Origin: a virus
Taxonomy: Duplodnaviria; Heunggongvirae; Uroviricota; Caudoviricetes
Direction: 5' to 3' (one strand)
Length of the DNA: 39,391 nucleotides
Virus record (IMG/VR): IMGVR_UViG_2778261394_000008
Coordinates: 1-39,391 of that record
A program made the translations under genes and the position numbers. The notes beneath the pieces are model-generated. The model was not told the origin of the DNA. It did no database searches and saw only the letters and a program-made list of their open reading frames with translations. This document shows, one piece after another, positions 1 to 7,542 of this stretch. Within the stretch, counting starts at the first letter, position 1, and the number at the start of each line of letters is the position of its first letter.

Positions 1-74
1 CCCGTAACGCCTCTGCCACGCGCGTAACGTGACAGGGATTAAAGGTAAACCAATTGATTTTGCAAGTTTTTATT

Positions 75-1361
75 TTACCCCGCTTTCTTATGGGGCATGC
101 ATGGGACACTTTCAGATAGTCTTCTGTTAAGAAGTTCTATTTGTTCGTGATTGTTGTCTTTCATCCATGCTCCGTAAACATTGAATACCATTTGTGCGTT
201 TGTGTGGCCCATCTGGCTTGCGATAAAACTAGGATTAGCTCCTGCGGCAAGTGACCAGCATGCATAGGTATGCCTGGATTGATACGATTTTCTGTGTCTC
301 AGACCTGCGCGTTTTAAGATACTTGTCCATGACTCCCTGATGGAGTCAACCTTATAGTGCGGTCCGGAAAACTGCCGCTGTTTTATTACCTGAGGACTAA
401 AAACAAAAGTGCATTTATGCACAGTACTTCTCCCATATTCCCTCTGCTTTACCTCTACAGAATGCTGTTTTCCAAGCATGGTCATTTCCGCTTGGCTTTT
501 AAGAGCATCAATAGCTGGTTGAACCAGATGAATCGTTCTTCCGGTACCAGCATCAGTTTTTGGTGGAGTGAATTCGCCTAGTTTTGTATAATTCCGGCGG
601 ATGGTTATAGTCCTCGCTTTAAGGTCTATATCTTCCCAGGCCAGTGATACCAGCTCCCCGTGACGAATACCCGTGTATACAGCGATAATCCACAGGTTTT
701 TTGTTTGTTGATGACGGCAAGCCTCAATAAAACGAATAAATTCGTCACGGGTGAGGGGATCTGGTTCTATCTTGGACTTTTTTAATGGTGTCAGACCGTT
801 AAATGGATTTCCTGATGTATAACCATTATCTGTTGCAAATTGAAACATTCCAGCTATGGTTGTCATATAGTAGTTTACTGTGACCACTGAGCGTCCTTTT
901 ATGGAAGAAATTTTTCCGTTAGAAAGCTTTTGATAACCGGTCAACAGATCTCTCCTTACGAAAAGCAAATCCTCTTTTGTTACAGATGAAACCAGTCTTT
1001 TTTCACCTAACATTGGCAACATGTTTTTAATTACTGACTGGTAACGGTTAAGTGCATTTGCACAAATCTCTATTTTCTTCAGTTCAAGCCATCTTTCCGA
1101 AAGTGCTTTAATGGTTATCTCTCTTTTCCCCAGACCAAAGTGTTTCAGGTTAGGGGACTCAGGGAACTGTGCTGCATAGTCGAAACTCCCCATTCTGATT
1201 GCAAAACAAACGGAAGTGCGGAGGTCACCTGCGATTTTCCGGTTTTTGGCGGTGTCAGGAACACCGAGGTTTTCTCTGACACGTTTGCCGTTATAGTAAA
1301 ACCATATGCGGAGTGATCCGCCATGATTTTCAACGCCTGTTGGGTATGATGTATTACTCAT
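75..1361 (-). CDS. int: Phage integrase, tyrosine recombinase family
   Basis: 428-aa ORF; C-terminal region has tyrosine-recombinase-like residues (RHRKSYQSRHTYACW, VFNVYGAW); GGGAGG SD 5 nt upstream of ATG; sits at the prophage left end beside an excisionase-like gene and is transcribed toward the window edge. Confidence 0.88.
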   Translation of the reverse strand: MSNTSYPTGVENHGGSLRIWFYYNGKRVRENLGVPDTAKNRKIAGDLRTSVCFAIRMGSFDYAAQFPESPNLKHFGLGKREITIKALSERWLELKKIEICANALNRYQSVIKNMLPMLGEKRLVSSVTKEDLLFVRRDLLTGYQKLSNGKISSIKGRSVVTVNYYMTTIAGMFQFATDNGYTSGNPFNGLTPLKKSKIEPDPLTRDEFIRFIEACRHQQTKNLWIIAVYTGIRHGELVSLAWEDIDLKARTITIRRNYTKLGEFTPPKTDAGTGRTIHLVQPAIDALKSQAEMTMLGKQHSVEVKQREYGRSTVHKCTFVFSPQVIKQRQFSGPHYKVDSIRESWTSILKRAGLRHRKSYQSRHTYACWSLAAGANPSFIASQMGHTNAQMVFNVYGAWMKDNNHEQIELLNRRLSESVPCMPHKKAG

Positions 1362-1394
1362 TAAACCTCCCAGACGTCCAGGAGCATTAACAGG

Positions 1395-1649
1395 TTAACC
1401 GGAACTTGCATTTTTAACACCTGGTTGTTTCTGATTTTCGATCCAGCGCATAATTTCCTCTATGTTGTATACGCATTCACTGTTGCTCTTCGGAATTCCA
1501 TCGACAGCGTAATGTCGATATTCTTTCCCCTGTAGCCATGATTTTTTCCTGGCTCGCTCAATGGTGCCTGGTTTTAGCCCTGTCGAAGCAATGAGGGTGC
1601 TTTCTGTACACCATTTACTTGGTGTTATTTGATAGATGATTGTCTGCAT
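1395..1649 (-). CDS. xis: Excisionase-like small DNA-binding protein
   Basis: 84-aa ORF immediately upstream of int on the same strand, GAGG SD 7 nt upstream; small basic protein. Assigned by position and general resemblance to DUF1233-type phage excisionases, not by alignment. Confidence 0.5.
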   Translation of the reverse strand: MQTIIYQITPSKWCTESTLIASTGLKPGTIERARKKSWLQGKEYRHYAVDGIPKSNSECVYNIEEIMRWIENQKQPGVKNASSG

Positions 1650-1656
1650 GTCAACC

Positions 1657-1803
1657 TCATAAAACTTTCAGCCCACGGCAGTGGCACCACACCTCAAACA
1701 TTCGTTTCACAACTTCACGGCAGTAGAAACCGTCAACATCTCGCGTCAGGTCATAACGATTGCCGTAACGCTGGCGTACCCATAGCTCAAACGCTTTATT
1801 CAT
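1657..1803 (-). CDS. Hypothetical small protein (48 aa)
   Basis: Not in the supplied ORF track (below its length cutoff); ATG at 1803 preceded by AAGGAAG SD; fills the gap between xis and the next gene. Translation MNKAFELWVRQRYGNRYDLTRDVDGFYCREVVKRMFEVWCHCRGLKVL. Confidence 0.3.
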   Translation of the reverse strand: MNKAFELWVRQRYGNRYDLTRDVDGFYCREVVKRMFEVWCHCRGLKVL

Positions 1804-1806
1804 TCG

Positions 1807-2049
1807 CTACTTCCTTTTCATGGCTCGTAATTTTTTCAGATGAGCTTCCTGCTCTGTTTCTGCCAGAATTTGTCGGTATTCCTGGTGATCGATCCGTTCA
1901 AACGATTCATTAAAATCGTTCATTTTTACCGATTGTGTTCGCCCATCCATTCTTCTGTACAACACGGTGTTATTTATGCAGCGAATAATTTTTACCGGGT
2001 AACCGGCACTGTCGGTATACAGTTGTCCCTGATTAATCAAAGCAAACAT
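1807..2049 (-). CDS. Hypothetical protein (80 aa)
   Basis: Internal ATG at 2049 is preceded by AGGAGA SD (6-nt spacing); the longer 121-aa track ORF (to 2172) would overlap the upstream gene. Confidence 0.45.
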   Translation of the reverse strand: MFALINQGQLYTDSAGYPVKIIRCINNTVLYRRMDGRTQSVKMNDFNESFERIDHQEYRQILAETEQEAHLKKLRAMKRK

Positions 2050-2080
2050 TTTTTCTCCTGCTCTCTGAATAGTGAGAACT

Positions 2081-2458
2081 TCAGAGCCGTATGTTTGTAG
2101 CGGGTTCAATACTGATAATTTCTGCTGAGATAAGCATCCCGGCAAGCCAGAGTTCTCCGGACAGGTCTTCATCCTGACATATCAGTTCGCCAATATTAAT
2201 GTTGGCCATGATATCTGTTCCCCCTGTGCGCTCATCCTCGACTTCTTCATAAGGCAGCGTTGCGTACAGGCTTTCAATAGCGCAACTGATAACATCCAGT
2301 CCGGTCAGATTGCCGCCGACAGTAACTTCGAATGTTTCGCGGTATTCCCATAGTCCGAAAGTTAATCGAACGGTTTGTTTTGCCATGCGTCCGCATGACG
2401 TCAGATTCGGGTCATAGTTCATTATTTGCGGTTGAGTATTCTGGGTGTTCATCTTCAT
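2081..2458 (-). CDS. Hypothetical protein (about 125 aa)
   Basis: Track ORF 2081-2527 trimmed to ATG at 2458 or 2452 (AAGGGAA upstream); no family recognised. Confidence 0.45.
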   Translation of the reverse strand: MKMNTQNTQPQIMNYDPNLTSCGRMAKQTVRLTFGLWEYRETFEVTVGGNLTGLDVISCAIESLYATLPYEEVEDERTGGTDIMANINIGELICQDEDLSGELWLAGMLISAEIISIEPATNIRL

Positions 2459-2466
2459 TTCCCTTA

Positions 2467-2485
2467 GCCCGGCGGCCTGCCGGGC
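2467..2485 (-). other. GC-rich hairpin (7-bp stem gcccggc/gccgggc, 5-nt loop) between the SPFH gene and the next gene; no U-tract
   Basis: Inverted repeat read directly from the sequence; possible attenuator or RNA processing/stability element. Confidence 0.4.
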
Positions 2486-2492
2486 ATATAAG

Positions 2493-3320
2493 TTATTTAA
2501 TCTGGATAAATGGTGTATTGGCACCACTGGTCATGTATTGCGGCAGTGTACCGTTCCACTTGTTGATGGCTTCCAGCTCCATGACGCCTGGGTTCTGGCG
2601 CAGAGCTTCACCGCGTAAACGAATAGCATCGGCTTCTGCCTGGGCTTTTGTTCGAATGGCATCAGCCTGTCCGGCAGCTTCCGCACGTAGCATGTTGGCC
2701 TCCGCTTCACGTTGCTTGACTTCCTGTTCGCGCTGCAGGGTTTTCTGGTTTGCCGTGACTTTGGCGTTAATGCTGTCGATAACGGTTGGAGGGTATTCCG
2801 GTTTACCTACATAAGAGAGGCTCATTACCTGAATGCCGATGGGTGTCATCTCTTCCTGAATGTCTTTAAGTGCGGCATCCAGTAGTTCAGACTTGCCGCC
2901 GTCGATAAATTTGTCAGTGGTCATTTTGCTGGCCAGCCGATTGAGTGCGTCGGCAATTTTCTGGCGCAGGTCAGTGTCGGTAATGTCATCCACGCCTTTG
3001 CGGTAGGTCTGAAACACCGTGGTAACTTTGGATGGATCAACTTTGTAGGCCACACCGATGTGATAGCCGATGGTTGTACCGTCACTCATCTGGAAACTGA
3101 ACGGTTCATCGTAGGTCTTCATTTGTTTGAAGGTGGGGAAGATATAAACTTCAGTATTCCAGCCAGTCCAGTAGCGACCAACACCGACCACCTCACCGAC
3201 GCCTTTGTCGTCGCCCAGTTTATTTACCTTGATGCCAACATTACCTGGTTCAACGCGATCGCAACCGACAAGGCCAATTGTCGGCAGAACAATGGCTAAA
3301 GCAAAAATAATTTTTTTCAT
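2493..3320 (-). CDS. SPFH/band-7 (stomatin/prohibitin-like) lipoprotein
   Basis: 275 aa; N-terminal signal peptide with lipobox (TIGLVGC); central domain consistent with SPFH/band-7; Ala/Gln/Glu-rich C-terminal coiled-coil region (QREAEANMLRAEAAGQADAIRTKAQAEADAIRLRGEA); start codon overlaps the stop of the upstream small membrane ORF (ATGA at 3317-3320). Confidence 0.8.
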   Translation of the reverse strand: MKKIIFALAIVLPTIGLVGCDRVEPGNVGIKVNKLGDDKGVGEVVGVGRYWTGWNTEVYIFPTFKQMKTYDEPFSFQMSDGTTIGYHIGVAYKVDPSKVTTVFQTYRKGVDDITDTDLRQKIADALNRLASKMTTDKFIDGGKSELLDAALKDIQEEMTPIGIQVMSLSYVGKPEYPPTVIDSINAKVTANQKTLQREQEVKQREAEANMLRAEAAGQADAIRTKAQAEADAIRLRGEALRQNPGVMELEAINKWNGTLPQYMTSGANTPFIQIK

Positions 3321-3505
3321 CTTTTATCCTTAGTGAAAGAAAGCCCCTTGTAAATGGCATAAATGCAGGGCGGGGTCAGAAACGCCAGTGCAAAGCCAGA
3401 AATAACTGCTATCGTATCCTTCATGGATATAAGGAACGGAACAAGTAATCCGTAAATGCATGCGATAATTGCCAGTAAAATTACTATTGTGAAATACAGT
3501 CTCAT
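3317..3505 (-). CDS. Small membrane protein (62 aa, two predicted TM helices), NfeD/YqiJ-like partner position
   Basis: Hydrophobic 62-aa ORF translationally coupled to the SPFH gene; no clear SD. Confidence 0.45.
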   Translation of the reverse strand: MRLYFTIVILLAIIACIYGLLVPFLISMKDTIAVISGFALAFLTPPCIYAIYKGLSFTKDKR

Positions 3506-3528
3506 TGGTCTGTGGTATCCCGATATTT

Positions 3529-3636
3529 TTAACCGACTGACAGCGCAATAAAGAGAATAATGATTTCTGTTAGTGTAAGCACTGTGGCAAGGATTAAAAT
3601 CAGTTTTACTCTGTTTAATTCACGGTTGCTTTTCAT
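3529..3636 (-). CDS. Possible very small membrane peptide (35 aa)
   Basis: Not in the ORF track; ATG..TAA ORF with a hydrophobic core (LILILATVLTLTEIIILFIALSV); no SD, so weak. Confidence 0.2.
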   Translation of the reverse strand: MKSNRELNRVKLILILATVLTLTEIIILFIALSVG

Positions 3637-3681
3637 ATAAACGGTTAGTAAAAAATGGAAGAATTATAGTCTTCTTAATAT

Positions 3682-4263
3682 TTAATGTGTCACTGGCGCT
3701 TCTGGCATACCATGAGTATTCATGTCGTTAATCATTTCATCCAGAAGGAGTTCAAGCCCTTCGCGCCCCATAGCAGAGAGAATGAAACCATTATCAGGAT
3801 CTGCGATGAGCATTTTTTGATAGAGAAACAGAACTCTCCCCATGCCTTCAGCTTCGCCATATTTTTCAATAAATCCCCATTCAACATGGTTTTGCAGGGC
3901 AATGCGAAGTGGCCCCGGGTATATACTTATACAACCATGCTTTCCCTTATAAATAACTGCGTGATCTGTGGTTCCGTTATCGTTAGGGATATCAATGGTG
4001 CCGTTCTTGTTTTCCTCTTCACTGATAAACTTCATCACATACAGCCAGCGCCACTGAGCAACCTTCAGATCGACTGAAAATCTTCCCAGCAATCCGGCAT
4101 CATCAGCTTCGGCAAGACATTGCATGATTCTTAAACCGTGCCAGTATGGATTATCGAATTCGCCATCATTAAGCCGCTGTACGGCCTCAATATAATCAAT
4201 GGTTTTATTACCAATTTTTATGCCATGTGGCGTTACTTCTGGTCGGAACTCTGAATGATTCAT
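3682..4263 (-). CDS. Hypothetical protein (193 aa)
   Basis: Track ORF trimmed to ATG at 4263 preceded by AAAGGAG SD (7-nt spacing); start overlaps the stop of the upstream 62-aa ORF (ATGA); no family recognised. Confidence 0.6.
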   Translation of the reverse strand: MNHSEFRPEVTPHGIKIGNKTIDYIEAVQRLNDGEFDNPYWHGLRIMQCLAEADDAGLLGRFSVDLKVAQWRWLYVMKFISEEENKNGTIDIPNDNGTTDHAVIYKGKHGCISIYPGPLRIALQNHVEWGFIEKYGEAEGMGRVLFLYQKMLIADPDNGFILSAMGREGLELLLDEMINDMNTHGMPEAPVTH

Positions 4264-4448
4264 AATGTTTGCTCCTTTGCTGGTGGAATAATCGTGTAGC
4301 CAGCTCTTTTTGCCATCCACAGAAATGTATCCATGCAACCAACGAATTCATTATCCAACAGATGTTTTGAGTAAATTACTTCACCATTTTCAATAGTTAG
4401 CAACACTCTTACTTTTTTATGTGTTATGTTCTGTTGTTTTTCTTTCAT
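4260..4448 (-). CDS. Hypothetical small protein (62 aa)
   Basis: GGGAGA SD upstream of ATG at 4448; stop overlaps the start of the 193-aa gene. Confidence 0.45.
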   Translation of the reverse strand: MKEKQQNITHKKVRVLLTIENGEVIYSKHLLDNEFVGCMDTFLWMAKRAGYTIIPPAKEQTL

Positions 4449-4644
4449 TTATTTATCTCCCATATGCTTTGCGCAAATACAGGTTGGCTATATGAAGATA
4501 AGAATCTCCATGTTGTGCAATGAGGCAGGCAGTTTTATACGATGCCTTATGTTTCAGGAAGGTCATAACATAATCTCCTGCGAATAAATGTTGCAACAAT
4601 CCCCGGCGATAAAACCGTAATAAACATTCAGGGAATATTTATTG

Positions 4645-5010
4645 TTATTGCGCTAATTCTTTTTCGGCAGCAGCTTTTGCATATTCACATGCAAAATTCA
4701 GAATTTCGCTGCCAAGTACTTTTGTTTCGTGATTACTGGACATATGTAATACCTGTGTTGCATGCAATAAATGATAAACATTTACCGCAAATGAATCAGG
4801 CTCCAGACAAATGCCTTCATAATCATCTTGTTGTGAGGTTGTTTCTGTCATTGCTCCTGAAGTGCATGCGAGCCTGTTTTTGACAATTCTCTTTCCTCTA
4901 ATCACTATATCGGCTACATCTATTGCCTTTACAACCTCCGGGAGAAGTTCCTGGTTTGTATAATCAAAGTTATCAACATGGAGAACAGTTATGTTTTCGA
5001 ACTTTTTCAT
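4645..5010 (-). CDS. Hypothetical protein (121 aa), paralogous to the N-terminal domain of the upstream HTH protein
   Basis: ATG at 5010 overlaps the stop of the upstream gene (ATGA at 5007-5010); its C-terminal ~55 aa aligns by eye with residues ~20-75 of the 153-aa protein (about 35% identity: LExDSFAxN..LL.A....H......K.LG.E...F..EYA..AA). Confidence 0.5.
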   Translation of the reverse strand: MKKFENITVLHVDNFDYTNQELLPEVVKAIDVADIVIRGKRIVKNRLACTSGAMTETTSQQDDYEGICLEPDSFAVNVYHLLHATQVLHMSSNHETKVLGSEILNFACEYAKAAAEKELAQ

Positions 5011-5468
5011 GCGCAAGTATCTCCCGCTGTTGGTTTACCGGTTAACAGCCACATCGGGTCGCAACCAAGAACATTTGCCAGCGGGATAAGCATACTGATA
5101 GTTGGTTCATACTCTCCGCTCTCCCACTGGATTATGATGTCTTCATCGAGATCGAGCAGCCTGGCGAGTTCGGCTGTTGTTAAGCCGCAGGCTTCGCGTT
5201 GGGTGCGAAGGTTAACCAGCCAGCTTTTGGGGAAGGATTGTTTTTGTTGTGCAGGAGAAGCCGCAGATAGGGCATATTCATGGATAAATTCCATTACCTC
5301 AATGCCCAGTTCCTTTGAGCGAGCACAATCCAGAAGATGGAATGTGCGTACAGCACTTAGCAAATTCGCAATATTTAATGCAAAGGAATCAAATTCTAAG
5401 CTCTTAAGCGTAACACAGTCGCAGTTGCTAAAATTGGTTGTTTCTGGAGTTGCGTTTAGTGTCTTCAT
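5007..5468 (-). CDS. Two-domain protein: N-terminal domain of unknown function plus C-terminal XRE-type helix-turn-helix
   Basis: 153 aa; C-terminal segment LRTQREACGLTTAELARLLDLDEDIIIQWESGEYEPTISMLIPLANVLGCDPMWLL matches the Cro/C1-type HTH pattern; first gene of the leftward operon, downstream of the cI terminator. Confidence 0.6.
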   Translation of the reverse strand: MKTLNATPETTNFSNCDCVTLKSLEFDSFALNIANLLSAVRTFHLLDCARSKELGIEVMEFIHEYALSAASPAQQKQSFPKSWLVNLRTQREACGLTTAELARLLDLDEDIIIQWESGEYEPTISMLIPLANVLGCDPMWLLTGKPTAGDTCA

Positions 5469-5574
5469 ATATCCGCCAACAATTTTAAATTGAACTTAAT
5501 CAAGTTATAATTGATGGTGCGATATTATGCTTTGAGAAATAGGCTGTCAAGAAAAAATTGATATCGTGTGTTTT
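5469..5574. promoter_or_regulatory. Putative leftward early promoter/operator region (OL-like)
   Basis: Two 17-bp imperfect palindromes of shared form: ATCAAGttataATTGAT (5499-5515) and GTCAAGaaaaaATTGAT (5546-5562); related CTTGAT half-site motifs recur in the cI-cro intergenic region. Confidence 0.4.
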
Positions 5575-5602
5575 AGGCAGAAAAAAACGGGCAAAGCCCG
5601 TT
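5575..5602 (-). terminator. Rho-independent terminator downstream of cI
   Basis: On the minus strand: AACGGGC-TTT-GCCCGTT followed by TTTTTTT, 11 nt after the cI stop codon. Confidence 0.7.
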
Positions 5603-5613
5603 AAAATCAAAGA

Positions 5614-6303
5614 CTAACCAAATCTGTTTATATTGAATGGTACTGATGAGATCACTTTAGACTGGATATAAAGCAGAGCTAACCCCTCTTTTTCGATGCT
5701 CCATGGTTGATAATTGGGGTTATCAGATAACACCATGATTTTGCTTCCAATTTTTTGAAGTCTTTTCACGTAGCATTCTCCATCAAAACAAAATGCATAA
5801 ATGCCATCGCCATCAAAATAAGTTACTGTCTTATCAAGAAAAAGAAGGTCGCCAGGTGAGATTGTGGGAGCCATACTGTCTCCTCTGGCGTTGCCTATTT
5901 CTATATTTTTAAATGCTCGGTTTCCAACAAGACGACGGGCATATTCAGGATCAAGTTCTATTGAGCGTACTACATCTATAAAGTCTCCGCGGACATGGGT
6001 CCCATTACCGCAACTAAATTCAACGTCAAGTACATTAAATACGACGCTATCTGTTCTTGCCTGATGTTTCTCTTGCGAAGAGAAGGTTGGTGAGGTGTCT
6101 TCACCTAAGAACCAGGATTGTGGATAACCGCTAATCTCTGATAACTGCGCAAGCTTATCGCTCCGTGGAAATGTTTTTCCTGTGGTCCAGTACTGCACTG
6201 ATTGCGCACTCACCCCCAGCTTACGGGCCAGCTGAGCCTGAGTCCATCCTTTTGCTTTCAGCATTGCGGCTATTCTATTTTCTGTGTTTTTGACGTTCTT
6301 CAT
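5614..6303 (-). CDS. cI: CI-type prophage repressor (N-terminal HTH, C-terminal S24/LexA-like peptidase domain)
   Basis: 229 aa; HTH (GWTQAQLARKLGVSAQSVQYW); C-terminal Ser/Lys dyad context (GDSMAPT ... YVKRL); divergent from a cro-like gene. Confidence 0.85.
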   Translation of the reverse strand: MKNVKNTENRIAAMLKAKGWTQAQLARKLGVSAQSVQYWTTGKTFPRSDKLAQLSEISGYPQSWFLGEDTSPTFSSQEKHQARTDSVVFNVLDVEFSCGNGTHVRGDFIDVVRSIELDPEYARRLVGNRAFKNIEIGNARGDSMAPTISPGDLLFLDKTVTYFDGDGIYAFCFDGECYVKRLQKIGSKIMVLSDNPNYQPWSIEKEGLALLYIQSKVISSVPFNINRFG

Positions 6304-6436
6304 GACCAGGTCCCGTGGGTTTCTTTACAAGGGTAAATCTTTACTTGATTTTAGTGTATTCGATCCTTTTGCAACTTGCATGTTAATTTAAACTTGATAT
6401 ATTCTTGATTCATTAAGTTTATCTTGGCGATTTGTT
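6304..6436. promoter_or_regulatory. Immunity-region intergenic with divergent promoters and operator repeats (OR/PR/PRM-like)
   Basis: 133-bp AT-rich spacer between divergent cI and cro; three CTTGAT motifs and inverted repeat TAAACTT..AAGTTTA; candidate PR -35 TTGCAT (6376-6381) and -10 TATATT (6398-6403) with 16-bp spacing. Confidence 0.55.
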
Positions 6437-6709
6437 ATGAAAGGAAATGATTACGACGAACTTCGTGCATTAATTGCGCAAAATGCCATAGCGCGAAATC
6501 TTGGTGTGACACCGCAAGCGGTGAATCAGTGGTTTTCAAAAAGCACAATTCCTGCTCGTTTCGTTTTACGGGTATGTGAGGTGGTTGCATGGAAGGTTAC
6601 GCCTCATGGCTTAAGGCCAGATCTTTACCCTCACCCTGAAGATGGAATTCCTGATTCGTTACGCAAAACATCAAATCCAAGCTTAGCGCACACGGGGGAG
6701 GGGAGGTAA
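6437..6709 (+). CDS. cro: Cro-like HTH regulator
   Basis: 90 aa; HTH segment NAIARNLGVTPQAVNQWF; divergent from cI. Confidence 0.7.
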   Translation: MKGNDYDELRALIAQNAIARNLGVTPQAVNQWFSKSTIPARFVLRVCEVVAWKVTPHGLRPDLYPHPEDGIPDSLRKTSNPSLAHTGEGR

Positions 6710-6715
6710 GGAAGT

Positions 6716-6844
6716 ATGAACGAAGAACGAATCGAATGCATTCTTGAGGCCATATCAGCCCTTACCGACGAAGAGATTCAGGAGGCAAGGACTGTTGCTG
6801 AAAAAACAGCCTTAGCTTTGGGTTTTTCGGTTAATCCTGGTTGA
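6716..6844 (+). CDS. Hypothetical small protein (42 aa)
   Basis: Not in the ORF track; ATG preceded by a strong SD (GGGAGGTAAGGAAG); 3' end overlaps the convergent 75-aa ORF by 14 nt. Confidence 0.3.
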   Translation: MNEERIECILEAISALTDEEIQEARTVAEKTALALGFSVNPG

Positions 6845-7058
6845 TGGAGTTATCCAGAACGGCAGCGATGTATTCACACATATCCTGTCCTCGCTCCCTC
6901 TGCTGTTGCGGCTGACTTTTCAGGTTTTTAATTAACTCCATTCCGGATGCTGCGAGCTTTATTCGCTCTTGGATGGGAAGGGACGACAGCAATAAACCAA
7001 GTAATGCCTCAAGGCCGTCTAGCTTGGTTTCAACGCTGAATTTAGTTGTATCAGTCAT
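6831..7058 (-). CDS. Hypothetical helical protein (75 aa), leftward gene inside the early-right region
   Basis: AAGGA SD 8 nt upstream of ATG; candidate extended -10 promoter (TGgTATACT) just upstream on the same strand. Confidence 0.45.
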   Translation of the reverse strand: MTDTTKFSVETKLDGLEALLGLLLSSLPIQERIKLAASGMELIKNLKSQPQQQRERGQDMCEYIAAVLDNSINQD

Positions 7059-7105
7059 AGGTAATTTCCTTACTGGTTGTGTGAGAACTCCAGTATACCA
7101 CCGAG
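7059..7105 (-). promoter_or_regulatory. Candidate extended -10 promoter for the 75-aa leftward gene
   Basis: Minus-strand TGGTATACT (complement of 7092-7100) about 35 nt upstream of the ATG; -35 element poor. Confidence 0.3.
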
Positions 7106-7146
7106 CCTGAAGTGGTTAAAAGACAGGCAAATTGAAGAGGCTAACC

Positions 7147-7467
7147 ATGACTCCAGAAGAATTTATCTGCAAACACATAACGGAAAAGCTGGTGGCGGAG
7201 GGCTTCCCTGAAATTGTTGCCAGGGGGGGGCATGCCGGGGACTGGATTACTACCGCCGTAGCTCGCAGGCCAGCCGCAAAGGAGCGATGTTTAATGATTG
7301 CTTGTTTCGTGCGCGGCAATGGGCACTTGGTCAGACAAATGTTACTGAGCGAAAGGAAAAGAAAAAGCCGGGCCGGATTAAGGTGGGCCAGCCCGGCCTG
7401 TCCTGACTTACCTTTGGAATCAACCTTCAAGGAGCTGTTCCATGATAAACGCCCGATTAATCACTGA
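7147..7467 (+). CDS. Hypothetical protein (106 aa) containing a G8 homopolymer tract
   Basis: ATG at 7147 with GAGG 7 nt upstream; a run of eight G at 7223-7230 lies in the coding frame; downstream part is low-complexity, so the frame is uncertain. Confidence 0.3.
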   Translation: MTPEEFICKHITEKLVAEGFPEIVARGGHAGDWITTAVARRPAAKERCLMIACFVRGNGHLVRQMLLSERKRKSRAGLRWASPACPDLPLESTFKELFHDKRPINH

Positions 7468-7542
7468 TCCTGACCGCCAACCGGAGGGCATTAATCACCA
7501 GACTGGAAAAGGCCTCAATCATCTGACTAAAGGACATTGATC

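Noticed and set aside
1-74. Possible attL core or tRNA 3' end at the left edge next to int
   Set aside because: Only 74 bp are available; no tRNA-like structure or recognisable att repeat could be identified without the other prophage end.
1629-4077. Plus-strand track ORFs (1629-1913, 1840-2100, 2332-2814, 3060-3299, 3685-4077)
   Set aside because: All lie antisense to better-supported minus-strand genes with SDs and translational coupling; no SDs of their own.
6964-6971. boxA-like motif CGCTCTTG downstream of cro (possible nutR)
   Set aside because: A 7-8-mer match is expected by chance several times in 39 kb; no adjacent boxB hairpin and no N-like protein identified; not called.
7116-7430. 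104-aa minus-strand ORF
   Set aside because: Low-complexity translation antisense to the plus-strand candidate; no SD.
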